A stretch of DNA of 64,000 bases from Ruditapes philippinarum. Its lineage: Eukaryota. The stretch is from positions 1-64,000 of the forward strand of contig NW_026852659.1 of assembly GCF_026571515.1 (NCBI RefSeq), written 5' to 3'. The position numbers and the translations under genes were made by a program. The notes under the pieces were generated by a model. That model saw only the letters and a program-made list of their open reading frames with translations, had not been told where the DNA came from and searched no databases. Positions within the stretch are counted from its first letter, which is position 1; every line of letters begins with the position of its first letter. Shown here piece after piece: positions 50,072-64,000 of this stretch.

Positions 50072-51569
50072 ATGTTTGCTTATGTATGTTTTAGAACTCT
50101 TGAAAATCTGGCATAAGTTATCAGTTTACGTGTTTTATGTATCATTTTGACAAAGAGCAACATAAACTATGACAATTCAACTTTCAGGAAATATATACAT
50201 GTATATTTTCAGTTGGCTGAAGCTATTCATATAATTAGAAGTAAATTCAAATAATATGCTTATTATCATGGTGTAAAATACATTGCATATTCTATTGCTC
50301 AATAACATTATATACTGTCTAAATCGTATTTTTTAAACGTTATTTAAGTTATACATTGAAAATAATTTGAAATCCTGTCATGAAAATATATAATAAATTC
50401 AAGTACACGTACACGAAAATACAGGTAAAAAACAGTAAAAATAACAACATACATGTACTAGTAGTACTGTAAAATAACTGTTTATTTTAATAAACCTGTC
50501 TTAGTTATTGTCTTGTGTTAAACTTATATTTTACTGAGTTCATTTTTTTCTTTTTGTAATAATATATACCAGTCATTTTATATTTTATGTACATATTATG
50601 TCCCTTACATGCTATTTAAATAATTTCGATATTCTAAATGTTAAAATGTTTCAAAAGCCATTTGTTTGTCTTCATTTAAATAATTTATTATTGCTCATTC
50701 AATGCAAATGAAGTAATTCTGGATAATTATTTTTGGGAATTTTGCTATTTCATATAGATGTAGTGGTGAAGTGATGTATCCCCCGTAAGGGGTATAATAC
50801 TATTTACGCTAACTTCACATATAAAAATTGAAATGTATTTAATCACAAGTTCAGGTTGTTTTGTGAATTGTTAAGTTTTTTTTCCGGTAAAACCATACAG
50901 TAATTGTTTAATTATAATACATTTTATTAAGGAATTATTGCATAAAATGTGCACCTTAAACTAAAATATAACATGACTTTTAGGACTGTTAAATGCCATT
51001 GTTATATGTCACCATTGGCCTATATTTATTTATAAAATGATTGACACCCATGGGTTTGTAACCTTTTGTGAATAAAGATATTATTTTTATAATATGCTAT
51101 GCATGTTCAATGTTTTTATACTGTTTAAATGCCCAATAGATTTATGTACTCCTAGAAATGTTCGCGAATACAATATTTCGCGTTTTTCACAACGTCGGCA
51201 TTTTCGCGGAGACAAACTTTCACGGATATGTAGTAACCGCGACTTCCGCGAATGTTAAGTCGCTACGGCCTAACTTACAGCTTTTGGAGTATCAGAGTTT
51301 TTCTTTACTATATACTGGTACATGCCACACATCACAGTAAAGGTAAAAATGTTTCACGGTGTGTTTAGAGTGGTCAGTTTGTTACCTCTGCATCATGTTA
51401 CATCTGTCAATGTGGCTCTGGAAAAATGTCTGCTAATTAATGCACATAAACTGTATGTGGAGGCAGAAAAGAATGTTCCCTAACAAAAAAAAATCATCTG
51501 CTTTTTTCAAAAGGTAAAGCTATAATTTAACGCATGATGCCATATTTTTTAGATTACAAACATTATCTA

Positions 51570-51780
51570 AGCTTAAAAGCCTGCTGGTGGCAACAAGTTC
51601 CATCCATGCAACCATGCAGTGCAGACCGAGATCAGCTGGCACCGTACGTGTTTACAATACATGGTCTGCACTGCTCGCTTCGCTTTACAGTCAGGTTATT
51701 TTATGAAAATTGTCCTAAAATGATGAATGGTTTCATCCAGATAGTAAGATGGACAGTGTCCATTTAAGTTATTAAGCGTT
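51570..51780. mobile_element. Degenerate bivalve-type MITE fragment
   Basis: Internal GCAGTGCAGACC...GGTCTGCACTGC inverted repeat and AAGATGGACA...TCCATTT motif. Confidence 0.5.
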
Positions 51781-52099
51781 CATTTATATATTTTAGCATG
51801 TATAAACCAAACACAAAGAAATATTCTACCGAGTGTGGACAGCCAAAAGTAGCTTAAACTCTTTTTTTAAAATCCACAACATGAGCGTTATAGGAAGATC
51901 CTAGTAAAAATGTCATGAATTACCATATACAAATGTATACAGTTAATTTCGAAACAAAAACTTTGTTGTTAATATTAAACGATACTTTTCAAAAGAATGC
52001 CGTAATATACATGTATTATTATCTTAGAATAAGGTTTGCTGTCAGGCATACGCTGGAAAGATTATATGGAAATGCCAAATGCCAGGATAAACCCGAGAT

Positions 52100-52195
52100 A
52101 CGGCTTCCTGCATTATTTCAAGCACAAGCGGGTGCTAGAATAGAACCACCGACCATCAGTAAGCTGGCTTATGGACAGGAAGTTAGTTTATGAAG
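52100..52195 (-). mobile_element. SINE fragment (same family as 41436-41687)
   Basis: CATTATTTCA...TAGAACCACCGA...TAAGCTGGCT matches about 41528-41590. Confidence 0.65.
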
Positions 52196-53999
52196 AAGAC
52201 TCTAGTTTATGATATTTAAAAAAAATGTAGTAGACGGGTAGTGTATCAGAAGTTGGTCGAGTTTATTAGAGGAAATGGCACGAGCAGAGTTTTCAAATAG
52301 ATGAAATACCCTAGCATATATTTTTGGAGTTTGGAGAAAACAAATATAAGATAAATACTATTAAATGTTTTATCTTCACCTTAAGCGTGCTCTCATAACA
52401 TCAAATGTATTAACAAGGGTGAAAACGTATCAAAAAACGGAGAAAAAAAATCGGAGGAAAAAATAAATGCCCATTTATAAATTAAGAACAATTTCGTTTT
52501 ATTTCTCTGAATCACTGTTTTTGGTTAAAATATATATATATATTCATAAAACAGACAGAAAAAAATATAGTGATGAAAATTTTCTTTTAAAATTATAACA
52601 TTTAAAACATTGTAGCACTCTGAACACAATACAATTAAACATTGTAACAATGAACATACATATAGTAAACAAAAATAATCATTTGTATTTATACGTAATT
52701 AAAATATGATATACAGAATCAATGACAACAATAATTATCAATAACATATAAGCTCACTTCATTAACATATATTAAAAAATGACAAACAATTGATGTTATT
52801 ACCCGAAGTACATTCTACAGTTCAAGTGATATATAGAGAAACACGGAATCTCTAAAGAACGCCGAAAACGGCAAAATAACAATTGTTGATGGTATTGAAA
52901 TAATATATGAATAATGATTTAAAACGGAAAATAAGCAAAGTTTTGTATGCCATCAGCTGGTTTTATAAAATAAACTCAAAAGAGATTGACTAGTAAACTT
53001 AAACAATAGAAATATTTTTTATCTAGCAAGAAGTAAAAATGTATTTGTTGTGTAGTATTTCTAATTTCTATAAGCATATTCTATGCAAATGTAAGCTTTT
53101 CAAAATGCTTTTTAAATATAAAAGCCATAGTTTCTTACTAAATCTAAAACAAAAGCGATCGTTATATATTGTATATATCATTTCGTCTATATTTCTATGT
53201 TTTCTTTGCAAATCGGATAACACGTACAGTGAAACCTGTCTGAGTAGATACGTCATGTGATAGTCACAATATCTATTCGTTACATTCATTAAACGTGCTA
53301 AATTTTAAACCGATGGCATTGTTTTTAACGCTTTGCCTGCTAGCGGCAATTAAACCTGCATTAGCCAAAGAAGTAAACATCTCTTTCTGTTCTGGGATGG
53401 TCCTTATATCAATATTGTTTGTACTGTTACACTATTTATGAAGACTAAATGAACAAGACAAAAATTAAAAATGACATTCAAAAACCTTTGGCATTTTCGA
53501 CACAGGCACTAAAACGTTATTTCCCCTTTATTGACAAAAAAAATCTTGAATTTAAAATTAGGAAAAATTAGGGGCTAAATAACTCAAAAAATTAAAAATT
53601 TTTAACAAATAATATGACATTACAAACATTAAAAACAAGCACGCGCAGATGGTTGTAAAATAGTATCTTTAAAAACCGACAACATTGCAAATGAAACTAT
53701 TGCAAACTCGACAAAGTTCATACCTACAAAATATCTCTGTAGTACCACCCAATTCAGGAGTCAGCATTACAATACAAGTTGTCCCTAATTCTGTTACTGT
53801 GTACTTTTTATCGTTCCGTAAAATTTATTAATGAATAACAATCTACCATTGTATATAAAAGAAACGGGATATAGGTTAAACACAATACAAACATGTAAAC
53901 CGTTTATCCTCAAAATTTACATTCGTATAAAAGAAAGTGTTTGTATATATAAGTAATAATATATTTTATAAATAAATTTGAGCCATTTTGCCCTGAACA

Positions 54000-55888
54000 C
54001 TAATCGCATTTGCTTGTAAAATCTCCAATACAAACTGTAAAGTTTAATAGCAAAATCAGTAATGCCAGCAACAGCACTACAGATACACTCACGATAATCT
54101 TCTCTCTCTGAAAAGATAAAACAATGTTTGTCACTTGTTTATCTTTCTAGAATTTATCTACATTAATAATCAGGATTAATTTTAATAATAAAGCAAACTC
54201 GACAAAATTGGTATATGTCCAAATATTACATAAAAATACACTTAACGAAACTTATAAGTACTCCGATTTCAAACTTGCAGGAAAACTCCGGTTTTCAAAA
54301 TATATACCAAAGCAATGTTGAAAATGTGTACTGACTCTACTTTCCGACTGCATGAATGATTTTAAAACAAAATCAATCATCCGAAACGCAATATGGCTGT
54401 CACATGCAAAAACCCGAAAATGGGCACGTGCATTTCGTGCAAGATGCCCACATTGTGTATTTTGATGCAAATTGTTAGTTTATTGATGTGCCTAACATAA
54501 AAACACAAAATAGCCCGAATGTCGCTGCAACAAAGAGGCATTGCAATTGGGCTATTACAGGGCGGCGCATCGCATGCAGAGGTATGAATTGACTAAACTT
54601 GAAGGTATTTGATTTTTTTTACAATGGTGATCTCAGTTACTGATTTTCTGTTAAGTTTGAGTTATTGTAAAATGCATTTACTATTATAAAATGATATTAC
54701 TATGATTAAAGTTTATACAGTATCGACTTAGACTAGTTATAGTAATTCTAACACAATATAATAAAAAAATGGTCGGAGTACTTATAAGTTTCGTTAAGTG
54801 TATGTATTATAGGTATCAACTGCGTTTGGTAAATTGGACAAGGCAGTATCAATAGACATATATATTGCTCACTTACGAGTATGAACGACGTGCGAAACTT
54901 ATGAGAGTCCATTGATTTATAACGACGGTTCTGCAGCAAGATAAAGGTAAAATAGATTTTAAAAGGCTATGTGCTGTCTGTGCATTGTGAACGTTGGTGA
55001 TATGCATTGGTTTCACTAGTTAAATTCATTGACATACAATATGTTTATTTAAATATTTTGAATTCGTCATCCACAACTTTAATCATAGTAAGATATAAAA
55101 CATGTTAGATGTGTGAGGTATTGTCAACAGGGTTACCTTTGTAAGTCTGCGACATTTTCGTTTTGGCTGTTCCTGAAATAATCACAAGAAAAAAGCATTT
55201 ATTTATTGTCTTTAGCCATAAATATAATCCTACTTCAATCAAAAGTAATTACTTATTGATTAGACTGCCTTTGTCAGACGTGTAGAGCCATATTTAACTA
55301 ACTTTCTGGTAATTTTTTAAACAACGAAAACAAGAACATGCAACTACTTAAGATCATTTGTCAGTGTGGACATTTGACTTTGAGAAAGAGGGATAATTAA
55401 TGTTTGTCCACTCGACTTTATATTTAGATATTTTAGGGAAAGAATTGTGTGTGTTGATATATCAAATCAATCTATCATTAGAAGATGGTCCATCAACCCC
55501 TACCTGTTTTGATGGTTCGTATAGAAAAGATGTATCTGCTGCAGTTGATGCAGCAGGTGACTTTGTGGGGTCGCTTCTTACCTGGAAAGATAAAAACAGA
55601 CGTGAACAATAACTAATGCTACCCATTCTAGTTTATATCACGAGCCCTGTTTTCATTTACATCAGACGACAAACTATTGCAATTCAAATATGGCACCGTA
55701 TACAAAATAACAAATATTGACGTCGTCCGCATGATTAAATAACGGGAACGTTAAAAAATTAAAAACATATCTGATTTTTGATTAACCTATTGCCATCGAT
55801 ACTTAATCCAAACCAGTTATGTTTCTAGCAAAGTGTTTGTAAAATGGTATATTTCAAATAATGATAATTTCAAGTACATGTATATCCA

Positions 55889-55959
<71 letters not shown>

Positions 55960-58689
55960 TAATAATAATAATTCGTAACAATGATAAAAAGTATCAATAA
56001 ATAGAACAGATATATTTACCGACGATGAGTACACAAATGTGGAATCAGTTGGCGTAGGGGAACCTGCTGGATTACTCACAATCTAAAACAGAGGAAGAAG
56101 ATCTATATTACCATTTCACATTTTATTTCAAATTCTTACAACAACAACAAAAAAACTGATACAAAAATATGAAATTACCGTATCATTTATTTCGATACTA
56201 AATTTCACCAGAAATATTTTAAATCAATCATTAGGTGCTTGTTTGTATGTATGAACACTATTGGCTAATTGATTAAAGGAGGCTTGATTTAATAAAAAAT
56301 TCGCAATATATAATGCATATTTGTTTGATTTTATGACTTAATTAGGTAGTTCTTTTTTACAAATGCATTACGTTTTTCGTACAAAACATACCAGTTTTAA
56401 ATGGAAACATAATACGGTCCGAATGTACAATATCGGGAATGGCAGGTAAGCCACAGCTCTACCTTTATACATACTAGTACATAAAAAAATTAGTCTACCT
56501 CAATGTTAAGGTCCTGTGATTTGGAACTAATTCTTACGATCGTCTGCTGTTGCTGTTCAGGCTGTCAAGAATTCAAAACAAAACATTACAAAGGCTGTCA
56601 AAAATGATCGTTTGTAAAATGCAAAAAATATAGCAATACAGAGACTTGTTCTCTAAAGTAAAATATAGTGAATTTACAGTGACTATTTTCCAACTAGTAT
56701 TGAATAATCAGTCCGAATTACATATCCTAATGTTTTATTTAGACCAAAGGCGAAGTTTAGAAACTTCGCTGTCAAATTATGGATGAAGTTAAACAACTTC
56801 GCTGCCAAATTGCGGTCGATGTGAGGCAATCTCGCTGGCAAATTGCGCATTGGTGAAATAAGTGATATCATGAATAATGATTAATATACCGAGAAGCAAG
56901 TTGATTGTACCTTAACTGCAATTTGAATTTGATCAGCCAAAAGTGTTCATATCTATAGTCACATTTAATTGTGCTATTAGATATCTATTTTTGTTAATAA
57001 ATGTTTAAACGTCCTGATGTGACCAATTTATTGACAGTGAACATACCTTTTCTGTTATAAGGGGAACTCTGATTTCTTGTCTCCCTACTGGACTCGACTG
57101 GACATCCACAGCAGCTCTCGGATAATCATTCTGAAAAAAAAAAGATAACCGACATTGCAATATAATAAAAAGTACCATAGATTTTTAGGCTTTAAAAGTG
57201 AAAACAAATCTTTGCAATACATACATACGTATAATAAAAAGTCGGGCTCAATATCAAATTGTTATTTATTAGAAGTAATCTAAATATGAAAGAAAATACT
57301 AAGGGTAGTAATTGTACGAAGATTAGTATAAGCTGAAATTAATCCGTTAAGCACATCAATTGCAGCATGTTAGAGATTTTGTTAAAACAAAAAAAGGAGT
57401 AACATACACGTTTCGAGTCTTCTGAAAGCAATGGGATAGTGGTTTCATAATCCTTCCTCGGACTTGACTGTCCACCGGCTTTATACCTCGGTAACATATA
57501 ATCTTTAGTCTGAAAATAAAATAAGGAACACATAAAAGTGTATATCTCTTCAGACGAGATGTATTGAGTGTGCTTATGAGAGACGGTGTAATTTCTAATT
57601 TTTAACTTGTTCTGATTATATCATCGCTTATGGCACACTATGAAACATTTCCATTTTCATATTTTTTTCTTCAAAGTTATAAGTTATAAATTTATAAATA
57701 TCTAACTCTTATTCGTGCATTGTTTCAACCGGAGCAATAATGTTGTTGACAATTGTTTGTTATTATGTACAAATAAACCATTGACTAGACTGTGAAATAA
57801 TTAATACTAATAACCATAGATAGTGTATATGATGTAAGACACTTCACAATCTCAGAAGATGTGTAAGGCTCTCGTGATTTTAGTACCACAAGTATTTATA
57901 ACGCTCGTCAACAAAAAGATAAAAACAGGCATACCTCTCTTACTTACATCTAACTTAATATGAACGGGTCATTTTAATTCAGTTGATATTTACCTGTACA
58001 GGAGGGTCATCATAATCCGGTGGCGGTTCAGCCGGGTACACTGCTCTGACATCTTCCTAAAAAGCCAGATAAGCATATAGAATCAAGGCGCTATTGTATT
58101 CGGTTTTTGGAAAAACATCTAATATTCAGTGGTAGATTCTTAAAAATCAAGTTTCAAGCGAAATGTGAAAATCGCAGATATGGTTTGAGTTTTGTAAATT
58201 GAGAGAATTATTTGTGCAGTATTCCCATGACAAATTCACAACTGACTGCAGGATCATTTAATCTTCAACACTGAAAGCATTGGAATGAATGGCCACTGCA
58301 GGACCAATAAAACATAATATTGCAACGCATAGCACTGCATGTTGTTATAGATGTCACCTTCTACTAGTACTTGGCATCTACATAAGCACTAACCATATTG
58401 TCTGTGACTACTTTAATAATCAAAACCTATTACACTATACGTAAAACGACTTCGATTCTGGCAGGTGTTTCTTACAATGTTCATGCAAATAAAACTTCAT
58501 TAACATTGTTTGAATTTGAAAAATCAGTAGTTTACTGTGTGTGTATATATAATATAACGTAATATTTATCAAGACGTAAGCATGTGCAATAGATGATCAA
58601 GTATAACATAGTTTTTAAGTGCATTTGAAATTGCACCCTTCCCATTCAACACCGCAAAGTCATCTTTGCTATGAAAGTCATTTTCAAAT

Positions 58690-58720
<31 letters not shown>

Positions 58721-59907
58721 ATCGTGGTAGACTGTCATAGGCTGGTAAACCTACAAGTTTGTTAAATTCGTTTTAAGTCGTGTGATGAAATTCATGATAG
58801 CTTATCAAGATGAATTCTTACAGGTCCATTAAGCCCAAAAAATGTTATAATTACTATGATTCAAACGCTTTTTAATTTTGGCATCCTGTTATAGTTTCAA
58901 AAAGTGTACTTTTACTCGTGTTTATATAACTTAGCTATCTTTTGATTCTATAGCATTATGGCAATTACTATAGTTTAAGTGATTTAGTATTTTGTATGGA
59001 AACCTAGAAACAAAGTGATCCCTCGGAAGCATTAATCACAGCAGAATTACATGTAAATTGTAGACTCGGTTTGATTTGAGTCTGTACATATAACAAAATA
59101 CCAATTTGCTTACATTTTTCTACCTTTATGACAAATTATTTCACTTGCAACGTTACTTCATCTTATTGATAAACATCTTATAGTCTCTAAATCCATTATT
59201 ACAACATTCTAAAACACGTGTTTGCGATTTTTAAAGAAGAATAAATAGATTAAATATTTCAAAAAATTTGCACCTTTAAAAATGCAGTGTTTACTTAAAT
59301 GATATAAGGGAGACAAATATGATATTTTATCTTCTTTAGATTAAATCATAAAACCTTTCTCACAGGCAAATGCAAATATCGTAAACAAATCTATAATTGC
59401 TTTATTTTTACTTATATTACATTGAAGGCAGATAACATTCCATTTATTTCAAAACCTTCTTTATTATTTTGCTGATCAAATTACAACCAATGTCTTGACA
59501 TATTATAGTTAGATGGATTAAAAAAAAAACAAATTTTGTTTTATTTAACCTTACATTAAAAATTAAAGAGTAAAAATACTTTAAAAACTGTTCTTTTAAC
59601 TCTCATAGACTATAGAAGTTTTTTTGCATTCTTTTTGAAAAACAAGTCAAATCTTCTTATCTTATCAATATCTGTCCCTATATTTTGACACCAAAAATGT
59701 TTGATGAAAGTTGTTTAAATGATTAGTAAGAACATGCACATCTATGAACATTGTATTTTTAACCTGAAACGGTTGTAAAAAGTGCAAGTGTACCCGTTGT
59801 TTCCCGGGGACAGAAATGATAGCGTATCCAGATGACGCCGTTGATATAGTAGACCTCACTGAAGAGACCGTTGATTCTTCATACTCGATAGAGGTAATCC
59901 CAGCCAT
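54000..59907 (-). CDS. Uncharacterised ~264-aa protein with PPxY motif and C-terminal transmembrane anchor; 10 exons (59907-59764, 58056-57994, 57509-57408, 57130-57047, 56561-56499, 56082-56020, 55581-55504, 55172-55137, 54930-54877, 54107-54000)
   Basis: Every exon is bounded by polypyrimidine-AG and GT, is a multiple of 3 and open in phase 0. Ends IIVSVSVVLLLALLILLLNFTVCIGDFTSKCD*. Confidence 0.75.
54239..54800 (+). mobile_element. Internally deleted Tc1/mariner element
   Basis: 28-bp TIRs CACTTAACGAAACTTATAAGTACTCCGA, TA TSDs, transposase N-terminal remnant ARMSLQQRGIAIGLLQGGASHAEV at about 54513-54584. Confidence 0.9.
55889..55972. repeat. (AAT)n microsatellite
   Basis: Direct observation. 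Confidence 0.95.
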
Positions 59908-61745
59908 GACAATGGTAGTTATTTCACCTCCAGGCGTTCGTCATCATAGAATTTGAGTTAAGTTTTAATAACACTTCCTCAAAACATGTATTATGCTTCT
60001 TTCCTGATATTCAAGGTCCATTAAGGGTCCATGCATCATAATTCATCTGACACATACTATCAGATTTGTATAGTTTTATGCAAGTATATTATGTATAAAT
60101 AACGTTAAATCCTTTCCTTCCCTGAATGCAGTTTATCTGTTCTAAATGTTATCTTTATATCGCAACAAAAACATCATTTTAACAGTTGCAGTATACACTT
60201 TAATTTTAAAACAAATATAATACATAGATATATTTTCCAACCGTGCACATGCATATAACCAGAACAGCTCGATATCTTCACACGTATTTGTAAACAATTG
60301 AAAAAAAGATGTTATTTAAACGTTATGTCCCCATTTCTTTCATCTTTTTTTTATTCCTTTCTGTGCATGATCAAACAGTAGTTTGACAGATAGAACACTT
60401 AATATGGTTTAAGTGGTTTAACACTGTCCTTAACACACATGGATAATGTAGTCTCAGCTAAGACATGTATTGATCGTCCAGGTGAATCATTACTTGGATT
60501 TATTTTTAGATATGACATATCATTTTTCCCAGGTGAAAACTGAACTATATATTTAGTTGTTAAATGATTTAATGTATTAATGAAAATAATTATTGCTAAA
60601 AAAATGAGCCTAGCCTAAACTAATGAATATACACAAATATGTTACACGTTATGATTATGAAAATATAAGTTAAATTTAATATTTTTTTTAAAACATACTT
60701 TCTTGCCGTTGTTAGTTATTGATTTAATACACATTTCAATGAATGAATCTAAAGGGAGGGGTGGGGAAGCGATAGCGATTTATGGGGTTTGGCTAGTATT
60801 TAGAAACCCTCTATATCAATTTATATGTTTCTTTAATGAAATTCAGTAAAAATTTGAGTCATAAAAAAGCTAGTAAAATGAAAACCCGCCTCTTTGATTA
60901 TGCATTAGCCCTTTTCAAAATTTTGTGACCCCCTGTGGTAAAAAGTTCTAGAGCTGCGACAACAAGGAATAATTTCGTTATAATTTAGCATATAAGTAAT
61001 TGCATATTAATTGCTTTTGACTGAAAGAAAACTGCATTTGCTGCTGTCATACTGTTAAAAGCTTAGCTGTCATGATTTAAGGAAAAACACACGCAAGTAT
61101 GAAAACTCAAACTGAACACACAGTACGGCCCATTTTAAAAAAAAAAAAAACTAACTTTTCATAATACCTTATTTTAAAGAGTTTTCAGCATTAAAAGTTA
61201 TTAGTGAAGTTAATGAAGCTATTTTGCAAACCGCGAGTAGGCTTGTCAATTAATTTGTTACTGATATTTTTACAATGTTCGTGGCAGTCGGTTGCCTGCG
61301 ATTCTACACCTGTGCTTAACCAAACTATTGGAGTCTATGTAGATCAATAAGAAATAAAGATTTAAACTTTCCAAATGCACTATGCCTTTTGAATTTTTAA
61401 TATGCATGTATAATCAAACTTTTTTTTATAAATATTATTTATCACGGAATATGTTATCATAATTACATTGCATGTTAGTAACAGAAAACGACATTTCGTT
61501 GTAAAGATAATTAACAGTCTTGTTTTTATCATTTTAGATCATTGAATCGGTATAGATTATTATAATATAATATATAATTACATTGTATGGTGCGCACTTG
61601 TTATTGATACATTATAGATATGATAAAGAGTATAAAGCTATATATCTGCGGCTTATAGTGTACACAATTACTGTATTAATTCTGAAAAAATAATAATTCA
61701 GTATTCTGTTTACGTACAATATACATGTGCCTGAAATAACACAGA

Positions 61746-61888
61746 NNNNNNNNNNNNNNNNNNNNNNNNNNNNNNNNNNNNNNNNNNNNNNNNNNNNNNN
61801 NNNNNNNNNNNNNNNNNNNNNNNNNNNNNNNNNNNNNNNNNNNNNNNNNNNNNNNNNNNNNNNNNNNNNNNNNNNNNNNNNNNNNNNN
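61746..61888. other. Assembly gap (N run)
   Basis: 143 N. Confidence 1.
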
Positions 61889-62925
61889 TACTGCATATTT
61901 TGAGGCTATCACCGCGGGTTAACTTGAGATATTATCACTCAAAAAGGTCTGTCACCGTAGGTTGTGTGCGCTTTACTGTATTCCCTTCAGCTGTCACCTC
62001 AGGTAAATATGACATATAACTCATCTTAACTGCCTATCAAATAGAGTTGTGCGTGCTTTACTTTGTATTCTGAGGACATCCCCGTGAGTTAACTTAAGTT
62101 AAGAATCCTGTGAAAGGCCTATCACCGTTTACTGCATTCCATGAAGCCATAACCGTTGGTGAACCGGCATAAGAACCCTCCAAAAAGGCCTATTAAATAG
62201 GGTTGTGTGAGTTTTACTTTGTATTTTGAAGGTATCATTGTGGGTTAACTTGAGATTTTTACGCTCTTAATGACCTAGCACAGTTTGTTATTTCAGCATT
62301 ACGTCTTCACTGAGGCTATCACCGTGGGTTAGCTTGAGATATTAACTCTCTAAAATGCCTATCACCGTGGATTGTATGAGCTTTACTGTATTGCCTGAGG
62401 CTAACACGTACGTGGGTTCGCTTGCGATAAAAATCCCTTTAAAGAGGCCTATCAAATAAGATTGTGTGACCTTTACTGTATTCTTTGAGACCATCACCGT
62501 AGGTGAACTTGAGATAAGTGTGTCAGCTTCACTGCATTCTTTGACGCTATGACGGTGGGATTTATTGCGACCAGAACCCACTTAAAGGCCTATCACTGTG
62601 GGTTGTGTCAGCTTTACTGCATTCCTTGAGGCTAACACCGTGGATCGATTTTATCGCAATCAAAACGCTGAAAAAAGCCTGTCACCGTGAGTTGTGCTAG
62701 CTATATTGTATTCATTGAGGCTATCACAGTAGGTATATTATTGCAATCAGAACTCTGTAAAAAGGCCTTTGTTTCAGGTTAACTGCATTACTTGAGGCTA
62801 TCACCTGGGGTTTATATGTGATTAGAAAATTACTGATAAGAACCCTCTAAAAGGTGCATCAATGATACTGAGGCTACCACCGCGGGATTGATTGAGACAA
62901 GAAACCTATAAAATGCCTATCAGCT
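61889..62925. repeat. Degenerate ~90-bp tandem satellite with two related subunits, abutting the gap
   Basis: Recurring AGGCTATCACCGTGGGTT / AGGCCTATCACCGTG...TGTG.GCTTTACTG(T/C)ATT. Confidence 0.88.
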
Positions 62926-63012
62926 TCCAAGGGAGTGTCGAAAATTGTATCACTCAAACAACCCACGGCGTTACACCTTTTAGACTGTTTTTAAATTTCT
63001 ACACTTTTATAA

Positions 63013-63382
63013 TTAAAGGGACTCCACTGAGATTTATTGACATGGCGGGACTGACAATGATTTTTTTAGATAAATGTTCCATTTGATGTTGATCAAGACA
63101 AATAACCTTTGTGCAAAATTTCACATCATTTGCTCTCTCCTTATTTTTAGAATAATTATTCAAATTGTTAAATATGACCCCAAACTGAAAAGCGTGGCAA
63201 CGCTTTTCACAGTTAATCGCACAAAAGCACAAAATACAACTTTCAATTTATTTCTAAGTACATTTCTTAACTATCGTTGCATATCTGTCTGTTTTAAATG
63301 CCTTAGCTAATTAATGTAAGAAATGCAAAAACATTACATGTATGTTTTTTTAGGATTTTAGACATCAGTGGAGTCCCTTTAA
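63013..63382. mobile_element. TTAA-flanked MITE (Kolobok-like)
   Basis: TTAA-AGGGACTCCACTGA ... TCAGTGGAGTCCCT-TTAA. Confidence 0.85.
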
Positions 63383-64000
63383 GTAGTCCTGACATATCTT
63401 CAAATTCTTCATTGGTGTTTTCCCTGCTTTTTAAATTGATGTTAAACTATTCCTGGGAATGACCCAAGCACGTTGATTGATCTCTACTCATTGCGCAAAA
63501 GAACAACAAATAAAAAAGATGCATTATAATTACACTAAATTTACAGTAATTTTGACAGCACTGGTCACATGAAAATATGCCATTACCGTGAAATAAGTGA
63601 GGACGCGGAATTGGTGATGTTGAGTATATACAGATACTACATGTACTGTACAGTATGTATCTCGATCGCACCGCCTGCAGGACAGGGCGGACCATACTGT
63701 ATGATATAAAATTATATAATTATATAATATCATATAATTCTCTTGCACCAACCTTAAAATGAATAAAAGTTGATAAATGCATAAATAGCTAAAAAATAGA
63801 GTCTCATTTCATTTCCCCTTCCTTTTATTATTGGCTAAAAACAGATTAACTGATTGAATATTGGTTGGTTAGACTTTATGTAGTACTTTAAAGTGGGTAT
63901 AGATGGATACCGAAAATAAGCTATTTTCGCGAAAATAAGATTGCGGCTACGAAAATAAGATTTATTTTTGAAATAGTGCATTTACATGTATCTGTTGAAA

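Overview
AT-rich eukaryotic genomic DNA, most likely a heterodont (venerid-like) bivalve, judged from SINE/HINE/MITE types, B-box TRIM and KY-peptidase genes and the globin type. The organism call is inference. The first 11.3 kb is dominated by a giant imperfect palindrome: arms 2-5417 and 5471-10283 around a 53-bp structured hairpin centre. It is followed by about 1 kb of repeat-rich DNA ending in ...CATATACTACT at 11318, which reads 5'-AGTAGTAT on the minus strand like a Maverick/Polinton terminus. Each arm carries a decaying virus-like accessory cassette: BIR/IAP, a RING finger, a small RVxF (PP1-docking)-type ORF and a palindromic GATA array. No polymerase, integrase or capsid gene is visible. 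My best interpretation is an integrated fold-back (snap-back) defective Maverick, apparently lying upstream of exon 2 of a Gln-E7 globin gene. The rest of the window is host sequence: a B-box/coiled-coil/NHL-like TRIM gene, two tandem KY/hillarin-like transglutaminase-fold genes (one with catalytic Cys replaced by Ser), an orphan ORF, PUDP/HDHD1, an arylsulfatase B-like gene with an intronless CDS, a 10-exon all-phase-0 orphan with a C-terminal membrane anchor, many SINEs/HINEs/MITEs, a deleted Tc1 element, satellites and an N gap.
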